Part shown: piece after piece, positions 50,008-60,771 of the stretch
How positions within the stretch are numbered: the stretch's first letter is position 1
How the letters are laid out: each line of letters starts with the position of its first letter
Origin: an uncultured Gemmatimonadaceae bacterium
GTDB lineage: Bacteria > Gemmatimonadota > Gemmatimonadetes > Gemmatimonadales > Gemmatimonadaceae
Direction: 5' to 3'
Length of the DNA: 64,000 nt
Assembly: GCA_963761305.1 (NCBI GenBank)
Contig: CAVXGK010000002.1
Coordinates: 736,001-800,000 of the forward strand
The notes under the pieces: model-generated
What the model saw: only the letters and a program-made list of their open reading frames with translations
Database searches by the model: none
What the model was told of the DNA's origin: nothing
Translations under genes and position numbers: made by a program

Positions 50008-52506
50008 ATGGTGTCGCGACACGTTCCCGAGCTGCTCGCTCCCGCTGGTTCACTGGACGCCGTCCGCGCCGCCGTGGCCAACGGGGCGGATGCCGTTTAT
50101 CTCGGCGCAGCGCGGTTCAATGCGCGCGATGAGGGGGCGCAGCTCAGCCTGGACGAGCTCGCCGAGGCGTGCCGGATCGCCCACGAGCGACAGCGACGCA
50201 TCTACCTCACCCTCAACGTCCTCATCAAGCCCGCCGAGATGGTGGAAGCGCTTGCCTTCCTCGGTGAAGCGGTCGATCGCGGGATCGACGCCGTCATCGT
50301 CCAGGACCTCGGGCTCATTCGCCTGATTCAGGCGACCTATCCCGAGCTCGAGATTCACGGGTCGACCCAAACGACCGTGCACGACGAGTCGGGCGCGCGG
50401 GTGATGTTGGAACTCGGCGTCGATCGCGTGGTGCTCGCGCGCGAGAATACGCTCGACGACATCCGCGCGATTCGCGCGGCCGTGCCGGCGCTGGGACTCG
50501 AGTCGTTCGTACACGGCGCGCTCTGCATCGCGTACTCGGGGCAGTGCTTCATGTCGGGCATGATCTCCGAGCGCAGCGCGAATCGCGGCTCGTGCGCGCA
50601 GTCGTGCCGCAAGGACTACGTGCTGACCGATGCCGCAAACGGATCCGAGCTCGATCGCGGCTACCTCATTTCGGCCAAGGATCTCGCCGCGCACGAGCAT
50701 CTGCCGGCGATCGCCGACGCGGGCATCGTTTGCCTCAAGGTCGAAGGACGGAAGAAGAAGCCCGAGTACGTCGCCACGGTGACGAAGACGTATCGCGCGT
50801 TTCTCGACCGCGTCGAACGCGGCGACGACACGCCGGCGACGGTCGAAGAGGTTCAACCGCTGGTGCAGATCTTCAGCCGCGGATTCACCGGTGGCATGTA
50901 CGGCGGCCGCGCGGGGCGCGACTACGTCACGCGCACGCAACCCGACAATCGCGGGCTCGACCTTGGCGTCGTGGTCGGGCAGGAGCGCGGGGAGCTGCTG
51001 GTCGAGGTGTCGTCGCCGATTCGCGAAGGCGATGGGCTCGGATTCGAGGAGCCGGGTTCGCTCGGCGGCCCCACGATCGGTTTCACCGTCGCGAGCGTTC
51101 GCACGATCGCAACGCGGGGCGGCGTGAAGCAGGCGATCGAATCGCGCACGCGCGTGCCGGCGGGATGGCGGGTGATTCGCACGTCGGAAGCGGCGCTGCT
51201 GGCCGGCGCGCGGGCGAGTTTCGCGTCGATGAGCCGCGAAGTGCGTGAGCGGCGCGCTCGGCTCGACGTGCGGCTCTTCGGTTCGCATGGGACGCCGCTC
51301 AAAGCGGTGTTCACGTCCAACGGCGAATCGTCCACCGTGCGAAGCGACGCGACGCTCTCCCCGGCGACCAAGCGGCCGCTCGACGCCGAATTGCTGCGCG
51401 ATCAGCTCGGCCGCCTCGGCGAGACGCCGTTCTCGCTCGGCGCCGTCGACGTGCAGGGGCTCACATCCGGATTGTTTCTCCCGGTGAGCGAGCTGAATCA
51501 TCTCCGACAGAACGCGGTCGACGAGCTCACGCTGCGGCGTAACTGGGCGAGCGACGCGAGAATCGCCGAGCGTTCGTCGCATATCGAAGCCGCCGTCGCC
51601 GCGGTCGACGTCGGGACGGCGCGCGCGAACGACGAGCCGGCGCCCGAATGCCCGCGATTGACGGCACAGGTGTACCAGATCGACGACGCCGATCGCGCCG
51701 CGGCCGCCGGCGCGACGGAGATCTGCTTCGATCCCTTCCTCAGACATCCGTCGCCGCCGCTCGCGCGAGTGCGCGCGCTGCGCGACCGACTGGCCGACGC
51801 GGGCGTGACGCTTCGTCTCCGCACGCCCACCATCGTTCGCCCCGAAGAGCGACGGTCGATTCAGAAGTGGCTGGATCTCGACCTCCCGCTCCTCAGCGGG
51901 CATCTCGGGCTCGTGTCGGAGATGGGGCGCGCCGGCCGCGACGTCGTCGCCGACTACGCGACCAATGTCTTCAACGCGCACACGGCAGCCGAGGTGTTTC
52001 GCTTCGGCGCGCGGCGAATCGTGGCGTCGGTCGAGCTGACGGCGGACGAGCTCTCGCAGTTGGTCGCGCCGTGGAACGGGCGGGGGTTCGACGTGTTGCT
52101 CTTCGGCCGCCCCGAGGGGATGACGATCGAGCATTGCGTGCTGTCGGCCGCGTTCGAGCGCGAACCGACGACGTGCCGCGATCTCTGCGTGAAGAAACAC
52201 ACGAACGTCGAGCTCACGGATCCGACTGGCTACACGTTCCCTGTGGCGACTGACTCGGCCTGCCGAAACCGACTACTCCATTCACGTCCCATAGACGGAT
52301 CGGAATTTCTGCCGCGGTTGTGGCGCGCCGGCATTCGCGGATACCAGCTCGTGTTCAACGTGCCGGGCGATGACGTCGGGCAAATCGTGGCGCGCTATCG
52401 TGGGATGCTCGATGCGCTCGCCGCGGGGAACGAGCCCGACACGGCGGACGTTCGCCGGCTGCTCGGCACGTCGTTCACGCGCGGGCATTTCGCACGCGCG
52501 GTGTAA
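50008..52506 (+). CDS. U32-family protein, long RlhA-like form (putative RNA hydroxylation)
   Basis: PELLAPAG, GADAVYLG, HGSTQ, HGALCIAYSGQC, NRGSCAQSCR, KVEGR. Confidence 0.88.
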   Translation: MVSRHVPELLAPAGSLDAVRAAVANGADAVYLGAARFNARDEGAQLSLDELAEACRIAHERQRRIYLTLNVLIKPAEMVEALAFLGEAVDRGIDAVIVQDLGLIRLIQATYPELEIHGSTQTTVHDESGARVMLELGVDRVVLARENTLDDIRAIRAAVPALGLESFVHGALCIAYSGQCFMSGMISERSANRGSCAQSCRKDYVLTDAANGSELDRGYLISAKDLAAHEHLPAIADAGIVCLKVEGRKKKPEYVATVTKTYRAFLDRVERGDDTPATVEEVQPLVQIFSRGFTGGMYGGRAGRDYVTRTQPDNRGLDLGVVVGQERGELLVEVSSPIREGDGLGFEEPGSLGGPTIGFTVASVRTIATRGGVKQAIESRTRVPAGWRVIRTSEAALLAGARASFASMSREVRERRARLDVRLFGSHGTPLKAVFTSNGESSTVRSDATLSPATKRPLDAELLRDQLGRLGETPFSLGAVDVQGLTSGLFLPVSELNHLRQNAVDELTLRRNWASDARIAERSSHIEAAVAAVDVGTARANDEPAPECPRLTAQVYQIDDADRAAAAGATEICFDPFLRHPSPPLARVRALRDRLADAGVTLRLRTPTIVRPEERRSIQKWLDLDLPLLSGHLGLVSEMGRAGRDVVADYATNVFNAHTAAEVFRFGARRIVASVELTADELSQLVAPWNGRGFDVLLFGRPEGMTIEHCVLSAAFEREPTTCRDLCVKKHTNVELTDPTGYTFPVATDSACRNRLLHSRPIDGSEFLPRLWRAGIRGYQLVFNVPGDDVGQIVARYRGMLDALAAGNEPDTADVRRLLGTSFTRGHFARAV

Positions 52507-52566
52507 TGGTCGGGCGCGCGGCGCTTCGATGCTGAGGTTCTCTCCGCTCGGCGCCACGCTAGACGC

Positions 52567-54666
52567 ATGACGACCACGCCTTCGACGACCCCGGTGACGA
52601 CACCGTCGCTCGACCAAGCGCGAGCGGTCCTTCGCGAACGGTTCGGCTATCCCGCGTTTCGGCCGGGCCAAGAGGCGGCCGTCGAATCGGTGCTCGCCGG
52701 GCACGACACGCTCGTCGTGCTGCCGACGGGCGGCGGCAAGTCGCTGTGCTATCAGGTGCCGGCGCTCATCCTGCCGAAGCTGACCGTCGTCATCTCGCCG
52801 CTCATCTCGCTGATGAAGGATCAGGTCGACGCGCTGGCGGCGCGCGGGCTGCCGGCGACGTTCGTCAACAGCACGCTCACCGGATCACAGATCTCTGATC
52901 GTCTGTCGCGGGCGATGCGCGGCGACGTCAAGCTCCTCTACGTCGCCCCCGAACGGTTCGATTTCGGCACGACGGCCGAGCGGCTGCGCGACGCGGGCGT
53001 TTCGCTGCTGGCGGTGGACGAAGCGCATTGCGTGAGCGAGTGGGGCCACGATTTCCGCCCGAGCTACCTGAGAATCTCGAGCGTGCGCGAACGCCTCGGG
53101 AATCCGCCGACCGTGGCGCTCACCGCGACGGCCACGCCGCACGTGCGCACGGACATCGTGACGCACCTCAAGCTCGAGTCGCCCAAGACGATCATCACGG
53201 GCTTCGACCGGAAGAACCTGGCGTATCACGTCGTGCCCACGAAGACCGATCGCGACAAAGACGACGCGTTGGTCCAGCTCCTTCGCGAGACCGACGGGCT
53301 GGCGGTCGTCTACGCCGCGACGCGAAAGGCCGTCGAACGGATCGCGCTGCTGCTCGAGCGCGCGCGCATCAAGGCGGCCGCGTATCACGCCGGCCTCGAC
53401 GACGAGCGACGCCACACGGTGCAGGACGCGTTCATGACCGAGAAGGTGCGCGCCATCGTGGCGACGAATGCGTTCGGCATGGGCATCGACAAGCCGAACG
53501 TGCGGCTCGTCGTGCACTATGCCATGCCCGGCACGCTCGAGGCCTACTACCAGGAAGCCGGCAGAGCAGGGCGCGACGGTTTGCCGGCGACGTGCTACCT
53601 GCTGCACGCGTTCCCCGATCGGTTCACGCACGAGTTTTTCATCAAGGGCGCGTATCCCGAGCGCGAGCTGGTCGACGAGGTCTACGAGCTGCTGCGTCGC
53701 AACGCCGACGAAAGCGGCGCCGTCGATGCAACGCCGGCCGACCTCGCGTCGCGGCTGCGAGCGAAGGCCGGGGAGCGCGACGTCGAGTCGGCGCTGCGAA
53801 TTCTCACGCAGGGCGGCGCGTTTCGCGTCGAGGCGGAATCGGGCGCGCGCGTGATGGTGCGCCTCCTGGCGACGCCGGAGCGAATCAAGCGCGAGCTCGA
53901 CCCCGGTGCGGCGTCGATGGAGCTCGGACTGTTGCGCGCGATGTGGCGGGTCGCCGGCTCGTCGATTCACGACGGTGCGCCGATCGATCTCGACGGGCTG
54001 CCGCCGGGATTCGGTGGTGGTCAGGGCGCAATGCCGGTACTCGACGCGCTGCAATCGCGACAGTTTCTCACCTGGAAACGCGTCGGTTCCGGCGCCACAC
54101 TCACTTCGCCGAAAAAGCCGCTCACGGCGTTTCGCATCGACTGGCCGACGATCGACCGGCGCCGCAAAGCCGACTTGCAAAAGCTCGACATGATGCAGAC
54201 GTACGCCTACACGAAGGCATGTCGCCGCGGACTCGTGCTGCGGTACTTCGGCGACCCGGCGGCGCGTTCGAAGTGCGCCGGCTGCGACAACTGCATGGGC
54301 ACCAAGGTCGTCGTCGAGGAAGGGACGGCGCCGAGCATCCGGGGGCGATCCGACCGGGGAGCGAAGCGACGCGGCGCCGACCGTCCGCGAGACGCCTCTC
54401 CCGCAGACGAAGCGCCCATTCTCTCCGGCGCCGACCAGGCGCTCCTCGCCCGGCTCCGCGACCTTCGGCGGACGATCTCCCGTGAAGAACAGGTGCCCGC
54501 CTATGTAGTTTTCCCGGACAGGACCCTGGCCGAGATTGCCGTGCGTCGTCCGGCCGACACCGGCGCGATGGGGAAGATTCGCGGCGTCGGTCCGGTGAAG
54601 CTCGAGCGCTACGGCGAACGATTTCTCGAGATCGTTCGCTCGTCTGACGATACAGAAGCCGCTTAA
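52567..54666 (+). CDS. recQ: RecQ-family DNA helicase with HRDC domain
   Basis: [51 protein letters not shown]. Confidence 0.93.
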   Translation: MTTTPSTTPVTTPSLDQARAVLRERFGYPAFRPGQEAAVESVLAGHDTLVVLPTGGGKSLCYQVPALILPKLTVVISPLISLMKDQVDALAARGLPATFVNSTLTGSQISDRLSRAMRGDVKLLYVAPERFDFGTTAERLRDAGVSLLAVDEAHCVSEWGHDFRPSYLRISSVRERLGNPPTVALTATATPHVRTDIVTHLKLESPKTIITGFDRKNLAYHVVPTKTDRDKDDALVQLLRETDGLAVVYAATRKAVERIALLLERARIKAAAYHAGLDDERRHTVQDAFMTEKVRAIVATNAFGMGIDKPNVRLVVHYAMPGTLEAYYQEAGRAGRDGLPATCYLLHAFPDRFTHEFFIKGAYPERELVDEVYELLRRNADESGAVDATPADLASRLRAKAGERDVESALRILTQGGAFRVEAESGARVMVRLLATPERIKRELDPGAASMELGLLRAMWRVAGSSIHDGAPIDLDGLPPGFGGGQGAMPVLDALQSRQFLTWKRVGSGATLTSPKKPLTAFRIDWPTIDRRRKADLQKLDMMQTYAYTKACRRGLVLRYFGDPAARSKCAGCDNCMGTKVVVEEGTAPSIRGRSDRGAKRRGADRPRDASPADEAPILSGADQALLARLRDLRRTISREEQVPAYVVFPDRTLAEIAVRRPADTGAMGKIRGVGPVKLERYGERFLEIVRSSDDTEAA

Positions 54667-54677
54667 CGACGACTGCC

Positions 54678-55913
54678 ATGGATGATTCGCTGTATTTCTC
54701 CGAACAGCACCTCGCGACGCGCGAGATGGTGCGCCAGTTCGCCCGTGACGAGGTCGCGCCGATCGCCGCGAAGTACGACGCGAGCGCCAAGTTCCCGTGG
54801 GAAAGCATTCGCAAGATGGGTGAGCTCGGACTGCTCGGTGTACCGTGGCCCGAGGAACTTGGCGGCGCGGGGCTCGACCTGCTGAGCTTCATGATCGTGA
54901 TCCACGAGCTGGGGAAAGTCGACGCGTCGCACGCGCTCACGATCTCCGCGCACACGACGCTCGGCACCTCGCCGATCATCAAATTCGGTACAGCGGAGCA
55001 GAAGAGCCGCTACGTGCCGCTGCTGGCGTCGGGAAAGGTCATGGGCGGCTTTGGACTCACCGAGCCCGAGGCAGGGAGCGACGCGGGCGGCACGCGCACG
55101 ACGGCGGTGCGTCGCGGCAACTGCTATTTGCTGAACGGCACCAAGCGGTTCATCACGCACGGCAGCGTCGGCGAAATCTTCGTCGTCACCGCGGTGACCG
55201 ATCCCTCGGCCGGCACGCGCGGCATCAGCTCGTTCATCGTCACGAAACAGACGTCGGATCTCGATGAGACCGCGCAGGTCGGCGTCGGTCACGACCCGTC
55301 GCTCGTTCCGATGCCCGGATTCCGCGCCGGCAAGAAGGAAGACAAGCTCGGCTGGCGCGCGTCCGACACGGCCGAGCTCATCCTGGAAGACGTCGAGGTT
55401 CCGGTCGAGAACCGGCTCGGCGCGGAGAGCGAAGGCTTCATCAACTTCATGAAGACGCTCGACAACGGACGCATCGGCATCGCGGCGTTGTCGCTCGGCA
55501 TCGCCGAGGGCGCGCTCGAGCAGTCGATTCAATACACGAGCGTTCGCAAGCAATTCGGGCAGCCGATCGTGAACTTCCAGGGCGTGCACTTCCAGCTCTC
55601 CGACATGGCGACGGAGATCGAAGCCGGAAAGCACCTGATGTATCACGCCGCGTGGCTGGCTCAGCACGGCAAGCCGTTCGGCAAAGAGGCGGCGATGGCC
55701 AAGCTTTTTTGCTCCGAGCTGGCCATGCGCGCGACGATCGCCGCCGTGCAGCTGCACGGCGGCTACGGCTACACGAAGGACTATCCGATCGAGCGCTTCA
55801 TGCGCGACGCGAAGATCTGCGAGATCGGCGAGGGAACGTCGGAGATTCAGCGGATCGTCATCGCGCGCCAGCTGCTGCGCGAGACGCTCGGCGAGGCGGC
55901 CGGGACATTCTAG
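54678..55913 (+). CDS. Acyl-CoA dehydrogenase (short/branched-chain type)
   Basis: [44 protein letters not shown]. Confidence 0.95.
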   Translation: MDDSLYFSEQHLATREMVRQFARDEVAPIAAKYDASAKFPWESIRKMGELGLLGVPWPEELGGAGLDLLSFMIVIHELGKVDASHALTISAHTTLGTSPIIKFGTAEQKSRYVPLLASGKVMGGFGLTEPEAGSDAGGTRTTAVRRGNCYLLNGTKRFITHGSVGEIFVVTAVTDPSAGTRGISSFIVTKQTSDLDETAQVGVGHDPSLVPMPGFRAGKKEDKLGWRASDTAELILEDVEVPVENRLGAESEGFINFMKTLDNGRIGIAALSLGIAEGALEQSIQYTSVRKQFGQPIVNFQGVHFQLSDMATEIEAGKHLMYHAAWLAQHGKPFGKEAAMAKLFCSELAMRATIAAVQLHGGYGYTKDYPIERFMRDAKICEIGEGTSEIQRIVIARQLLRETLGEAAGTF

Positions 55914-55978
55914 TGGTGCCCGGGCTTTCAAGAGGCTCCGCCGGCCTCGCTTCGAATCGCGCGGCTCGTTCTAACTCA

Positions 55979-56401
55979 TTGCGAAAACATCAGTTCGCCG
56001 CTTAGATTTCTCAGCGGTGATCTCTGTCGCGCTTCCTCCTGCGCCCGTCCTGTTCCGCGACTCGAAGCGGCACGTGCGCGTCCCGCGCCAGTCGGCGGCC
56101 AATGCGGTCTTGGCCCGTCTGCTGGCGTTCGTCCTGTTTCCGGTGCGCCGCCTGATTCGTTGGGCCGATCGCACATCGCTCCGTACCCTGCTGAGTACCC
56201 CGGCGGCGACGCCGCCGGACGTGACGAGCCCTCGCGCGTCTCAGCCGGATCCGATGTGGACGATCACCCGGAGAGCTTGGACCATCCATCCACGAGACGT
56301 CGCGCCCGCCCCATCGGCGGAGCGGCACTCACCCCACATTTTGCAACGCCATCGCGCCCGTTCCGCCGAGTCGCCGGGACCTGGAGCCGCGATGGGTACT
56401 G
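55979..56401 (+). promoter_or_regulatory. Candidate promoter and long structured 5' leader of rne/rng
   Basis: TTGCGA-18 nt-TAGATT at 55979-56008; several nested stems downstream. Confidence 0.55.
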
Positions 56402-57964
56402 ATGAAACGAGAGATTTTGATCAACGCCAATCCGCGCGAAACGCGGGTGGCCATCATCGAGGACGACCAGCTCGTTGAACTTCTGGTCGATCGCCCGGAT
56501 GCGCGCCGCATGGTCGGCGACATCTACGTCGGGCGAGTCGAAGCGGTCCTACCAGGCATCCAAGCCGCCTTCGTCGACATAGGAACCGAAAAAAGCGCGT
56601 TCCTCCACGCGTCGGACTTGGTGTACCCCGAGGACGCCGACGAGGAGGACGACGACACCGATGACGAGTCGGACGACGCCGAGGCGGACACGCCGCGCGG
56701 CCGACGACGACGCGCGCAGGCGCCCGCGATTCAGGATGTGCTCAAGCGCGGCCAGAACCTGATCGTCCAGGTCTCCAAGGAGCCCATCTCGACCAAGGGA
56801 CCGCGCGTCACGGCGCAGGTGTCACTCGCTGGACGTTTCCTGGTGTTCATGCCGAGCGCGGATCGCGTTGGCGTGAGCCGCAAGATCGGCGATCGCGAGA
56901 CGCGAAAGCGCTTGCGCGCGCAGGTCGAAGAGGTGCTCCCGAAAAACGCCGGCGGCGTGATCGTGCGTACGGTCGGCGAAGACGTGACGCAGGAAACGCT
57001 CGAGCGCGAGCTCACGACGCTCATCGGCACCTGGAAGAAGATCAAGCGGAAGACGACGTTCGTGCGCGCGCCGGCCCTCGTGCACCGCGAGACGAGCCTC
57101 ACGCGCGGCCTCATGCGCGACGTCTTCAGCACGAAAGTCGAGCAGGTGACCGTGGACTCGAAGCAGGTCCACAACGAGATCCTCGAGTACTTGAAGGGCA
57201 TCGCCCCCGAGCTCGTGGATCGCGTGAAGCTGTACGAGGATTCCACGCCGCTCTTCGACAAGGCCAGCATCGAGCAGGAGCTGCGCGATCTATTCAAGCG
57301 CCGCTGCGACCTTCCATCCGGCGGCTACCTGATCATCGAGCCGACCGAGGCCCTGGTGTCGGTCGACGTGAACTCGGGCCGCTACACCGGCAAGAAGGAC
57401 CCCGAGAAAACGATCCTCAAGACGAACCTTGAGGCGGCGCGCGAAGTCGCGCGCCAGATGCGGTTGCGCGACCTGGGCGGCATCATCGTCTGCGACTTCA
57501 TCGACATGGAGACGAAGTCGAGCCGCGACAAGGTGCTCCAGGAGCTGCGCACGCACCTCGGCCGCGACCGCGCACGCACGAAGGCGTTCGCGGTGAGCGA
57601 CCTCGGGCTCATCGAGATGACCCGCCAGCGCGTGCGGCAGAGCCATCTGCAGAACATGACCGACCCGTGCCCGACATGTCATGGCACTGGCCGCGTGTTC
57701 ACCGCCGAGACCATCGCACGCCGCGTCGAACGGTCGATCAAGCGCATCGGTCTCGAGGGACGCAAGGACCACCTCGTCGTGCGCCTGCATCCGGACGTGG
57801 CGATGTACGTGCTGGAGAACGAGAAGGACCTGCTGAAGCGGCTCGAGAAGGCCGTCGGGTTCGGGCTGGAATTCCGCGACGACCCGCTGCTTCGGCCCGA
57901 CGAGTTCAAGCTGGTCGTGAAGTCCGCCGGCAGGGACGTCACCCAGCAGTACGCGGTCGCCTAA
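56402..57964 (+). CDS. Ribonuclease E/G family (RNase G length)
   Basis: AAFVDIG, KEPISTKGPR, DVNSG, TNLEAA, GGIIVCDFIDM, CPTCHGTG. Confidence 0.95.
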   Translation: MKREILINANPRETRVAIIEDDQLVELLVDRPDARRMVGDIYVGRVEAVLPGIQAAFVDIGTEKSAFLHASDLVYPEDADEEDDDTDDESDDAEADTPRGRRRRAQAPAIQDVLKRGQNLIVQVSKEPISTKGPRVTAQVSLAGRFLVFMPSADRVGVSRKIGDRETRKRLRAQVEEVLPKNAGGVIVRTVGEDVTQETLERELTTLIGTWKKIKRKTTFVRAPALVHRETSLTRGLMRDVFSTKVEQVTVDSKQVHNEILEYLKGIAPELVDRVKLYEDSTPLFDKASIEQELRDLFKRRCDLPSGGYLIIEPTEALVSVDVNSGRYTGKKDPEKTILKTNLEAAREVARQMRLRDLGGIIVCDFIDMETKSSRDKVLQELRTHLGRDRARTKAFAVSDLGLIEMTRQRVRQSHLQNMTDPCPTCHGTGRVFTAETIARRVERSIKRIGLEGRKDHLVVRLHPDVAMYVLENEKDLLKRLEKAVGFGLEFRDDPLLRPDEFKLVVKSAGRDVTQQYAVA

Positions 57965-57971
57965 GCCGCGC

Positions 57972-58159
57972 GCGTGGACTGATAGGGATCGCTGCGGTAA
58001 CTACCTCTCCAGCATCAGCAACAGCAACAGCATCCTGCATCCAGCATCCAGCATCAGCAACAGCGTCAGCGTTCAGAGGATGTCGCAGTTATTTCTGGCT
58101 GCTGATGCTGTTGCTGCCGCCAAGAGTCCAGCCCAGCAGCGATCACCATCAGGCTACGC
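57972..58159. repeat. Element with 24-bp imperfect terminal inverted repeats enclosing a CAGCAW array
   Basis: 57972-57995 vs reverse complement of 58136-58159 match 20/24; internal cagcat/cagcaa units with an inverted copy at 58098-58116. Confidence 0.7.
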
Positions 58160-58177
58160 CAGTGTCCGGCCCCGTTG

Positions 58178-58206
58178 TTGACACAAATGGCCGTGTTACC
58201 TAGCTT
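58178..58206 (+). promoter_or_regulatory. sigma70 promoter of rplU-rpmA
   Basis: TTGACA-17 nt-TAGCTT. Confidence 0.8.
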
Positions 58207-58233
58207 TATAGGCTCACCAAGTTCATAGATCAT

Positions 58234-58551
58234 ATGCCTTACGCCATCATCCGCACCGGCGGCAAGCAGTTCCGCGTCGAGCCGGGCCGCACGTACAAGA
58301 TCCCCTCCCTCGAAGGCGAAGAGGGCGGTGCGATCGAGTTCAACGACGTCCTCCTCGGCAACGACGGAAAGGCCGTCAAGACCGGTGTGCCGTCGCTCAA
58401 GGGCGCGAGCGTCACCGGCGAGATCGTGCGCCACGGACGCGGCGAGAAGATCATCGTCTTCAAGCAGAAGCGCCGAAAGAACTACGCGCGCAAGCGCGGG
58501 CATCGGCAGGGCTTCACCGAAATTCGTATCAACGCCATCTCGCTCGGCTAA
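58234..58551 (+). CDS. rplU: 50S ribosomal protein L21
   Basis: [23 protein letters not shown]. Confidence 0.98.
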   Translation: MPYAIIRTGGKQFRVEPGRTYKIPSLEGEEGGAIEFNDVLLGNDGKAVKTGVPSLKGASVTGEIVRHGRGEKIIVFKQKRRKNYARKRGHRQGFTEIRINAISLG

Positions 58552-58562
58552 GGGATCTCGCA

Positions 58563-58838
58563 ATGGCACACAAGAAGGGCGTCGGCTCCACGAGAAACGG
58601 CCGGGATTCGAATCCGAAGTTCCGCGGCATCAAGAAGTACGGCGGCGAGCGCGTCGTGGCGGGGAACATCATCGTGCGGCAGTGCGGCACGAAGTGGCAT
58701 CCCGGCACCAACGTCGGCCTCGGCACGGACTTCACCATCTACGCCCTCATCGACGGCGTCGTGAAGTTCGAGCACAAGAGCAAAGCGCGGTACAAGGTTA
58801 GCGTGTATCCCGCTTCGGGCGAGGCGTCGGTCGCATAG
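58563..58838 (+). CDS. rpmA: 50S ribosomal protein L27
   Basis: [23 protein letters not shown]. Confidence 0.98.
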   Translation: MAHKKGVGSTRNGRDSNPKFRGIKKYGGERVVAGNIIVRQCGTKWHPGTNVGLGTDFTIYALIDGVVKFEHKSKARYKVSVYPASGEASVA

Positions 58839-58842
58839 CTCG

Positions 58843-58868
58843 GGTGGACGTGTGGACCGGTGGACGGG
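58843..58868 (+). repeat. 8-bp tandem repeat (GTGGACNN x3) after the rpmA stop
   Basis: gtggacgt-gtggaccg-gtggacgg. Confidence 0.6.
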
Positions 58869-58888
58869 TTCACCGCTAGGAGGCTCGG

Positions 58889-59212
58889 ATGGCGTTCATC
58901 GACAAGCTGCGCCAGGAATTGGATCGCGCGGGACGCTCGGCACAACGCGCGATCGATGAAGGGCGGCTGCGCCTCGACCTCTACCGCGCGCGCCAATCCG
59001 TCGACCGCTTCGCCCAGCGGCTCGGCTACGCCGTCTTCCACGCGCGCAAAGCGGGCGGCGACCTCTCGGCCGACGACTACACCGCGCACATGAACAACCT
59101 CACGGCCGCCGAGTCGGAGGTGACGCGACTCGAGACGCTCGTCGCCGAGGCAGCCAAGAGCCGCAGGGACACCTTCAAGCCCATCGAGCCGCCGGCGCCG
59201 TCTGGGCCGTAA
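58889..59212 (+). CDS. Helical hypothetical protein
   Basis: AGGAGG Shine-Dalgarno, genome-like codon usage, amphipathic helices. Confidence 0.75.
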   Translation: MAFIDKLRQELDRAGRSAQRAIDEGRLRLDLYRARQSVDRFAQRLGYAVFHARKAGGDLSADDYTAHMNNLTAAESEVTRLETLVAEAAKSRRDTFKPIEPPAPSGP

Positions 59213-59259
59213 AGGGCGAGGACCCTGGCCGGATAGCGATCCATTTCAAGGGCGGACTC

Positions 59260-59314
59260 CAGCAATCAGCGACCGCATCAGCATCAGGCACTGAAGGCTG
59301 AAGCTGTTGCTGCC
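59260..59314. repeat. Degenerate CAGCAW repeat/hairpin between convergent genes
   Basis: cagcaatcagc...catcagcatcagg...gctgaagctgttgctg. Confidence 0.5.
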
Positions 59315-59363
59315 TCCTAGAGCGAGCGCGCAGCAGCGAGCCGAATCAGGCCAAGGCTCCGAA

Positions 59364-60045
59364 TCAAGCCAACGCGCCGTCCAGGATCCGGACGTCGTCC
59401 GTGCAAACCCCGTCCACGCCGAGGGCCGCGAGCCGCCGCGCTTCGTCGGCGTCGTTCACCGTCCACGCGATCACCCGGCAGCCGAGCGCGCGCGCCCTCG
59501 CCATGAGGCCGGCGTTGATCAGCGAGTGGAGCGGCCACGACGTCGCGCGCCCCGGCGCGACGCACCGCGTCTTCGAGCTGGTCGAGCCCTGATTCGAACA
59601 AGAGTCCGCGCGGCACGTCGGGCGCGATCGACTTGAATCGTTCGATCGTTGCGTGGTCGAACGAGTGTACCGCACAGCGCGTGGTCGTGGCGCCGATTAC
59701 CTCGGCCACCAGCTCCTCGATCCCCAGGCCCTTGATCTCGACGTAGACCGTCGCGGTCGCCGGAGCGACGGCGAGAACTTCCGTGAGCGTCGGGACGGAA
59801 ACGCCTGTCTCCGCGCGGCTTGCCTCGACCTCCGCCCACGTCATCCCGGCGATGCGTCGTTTCGCGACGCTGACGGGAAGGCCGAGGTCGGGGTCATGAT
59901 GAACGACCACAACCCTGTCGCTGGTGGCGTGCACATCCAATTCGATCGCATCGGCTCGACGCGCGAATGCCTGCGCAAAGGCGGCGACTGTGTTTTCCGG
60001 GAGCTCGGTTCGGGCGCCGCGGTGGGCGATTCGTTCGATGGCCAT
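59364..60045 (-). pseudogene. Glycerophosphodiester phosphodiesterase, frameshifted near 59538
   Basis: IAHRG, PENT, IELDVH, EIK, HSFD in one frame; AWTVND and GVDGVCTD in another frame ending at 59364. Confidence 0.85.
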
Positions 60046-60153
60046 TGTTCGTCAAGATGAGAACGCCGAATCCACGGGGTTGGCTCGTGCCGCCATCGGC
60101 TCGATTCGTCCCCCGGCGGAGACACTCGAGACTGCCTCCGACGATCTGGACCT

Positions 60154-60179
60154 TAACGGCGCAAGTCCTGTGACGTCTA
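60154..60179 (+). promoter_or_regulatory. ECF-type (autoregulatory) promoter candidate
   Basis: TAAC-16 nt-CGTCTA, 13 nt upstream of the sigma-factor ATG. Confidence 0.55.
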
Positions 60180-60192
60180 CCGTTTGGACAGA

Positions 60193-60771
60193 ATGAGCCA
60201 CGCGGCACGCGAAGGCAGCTCGGAGTCCAGGAGAGACGCCGATGATGGGCAGGATTTGGAGCTCATCGCTCGATGGCAGGCTGGAGACGAACGCGCGGCA
60301 AGCGCGCTGGTCGCTCGGCATGCCTCGGCGCTCGCTCGTTTCGCGGCCGCGTCGGGAGAACGAAACGAAGTCGACGAGTTGGTACAGGACACGTTCGTCC
60401 GAGCGTTCAACTCGCTGGATGGGTTTCGCGGCGAGAGCTCGTTTCGAACGTGGCTGTTCACGATCGAGCGACGGTTGCTCGTCGACCGGCGCAGAGCAGA
60501 GAAGCGGCGGCGCGATCGCGTCGAGATCCAGGAAGACGATGCATCGACCGAGTACGATTCGCTCGACTCGGTCGTCGCCGATGAAACGGAGCGTCGGATG
60601 AGACAGGTGGTCGCCCGGTTGTCGCCGACGCAGAAGGAGGTCTTTACGCTTCGGGTAGCGGAAGGACTGTCGTACAAGGAGATTGCCGCGGCGGTGGGAA
60701 CCACGGAAGGCGCCGCGCGGGTGCATTATCACAACGCGATGCGCGCTGTGAAGGAGTTTCTCAATGAGTGA
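60193..60771 (+). CDS. ECF RNA polymerase sigma factor
   Basis: ELVQDTFVRA, FRGESSFRTWLF, GLSYKEIA. Confidence 0.95.
   Translation: MSHAAREGSSESRRDADDGQDLELIARWQAGDERAASALVARHASALARFAAASGERNEVDELVQDTFVRAFNSLDGFRGESSFRTWLFTIERRLLVDRRRAEKRRRDRVEIQEDDASTEYDSLDSVVADETERRMRQVVARLSPTQKEVFTLRVAEGLSYKEIAAAVGTTEGAARVHYHNAMRAVKEFLNE

Noticed and set aside
56017..56478. 153-aa ORF in the rne/rng leader
   Set aside because: No recognisable motif, atypical codon usage, and it overlaps the rne start; better explained as structured UTR
58010..58116. CAGCAW array as CRISPR or poly-Gln gene
   Set aside because: Units are 6-7 bp without spacers, frame is not maintained, and no cas genes are present
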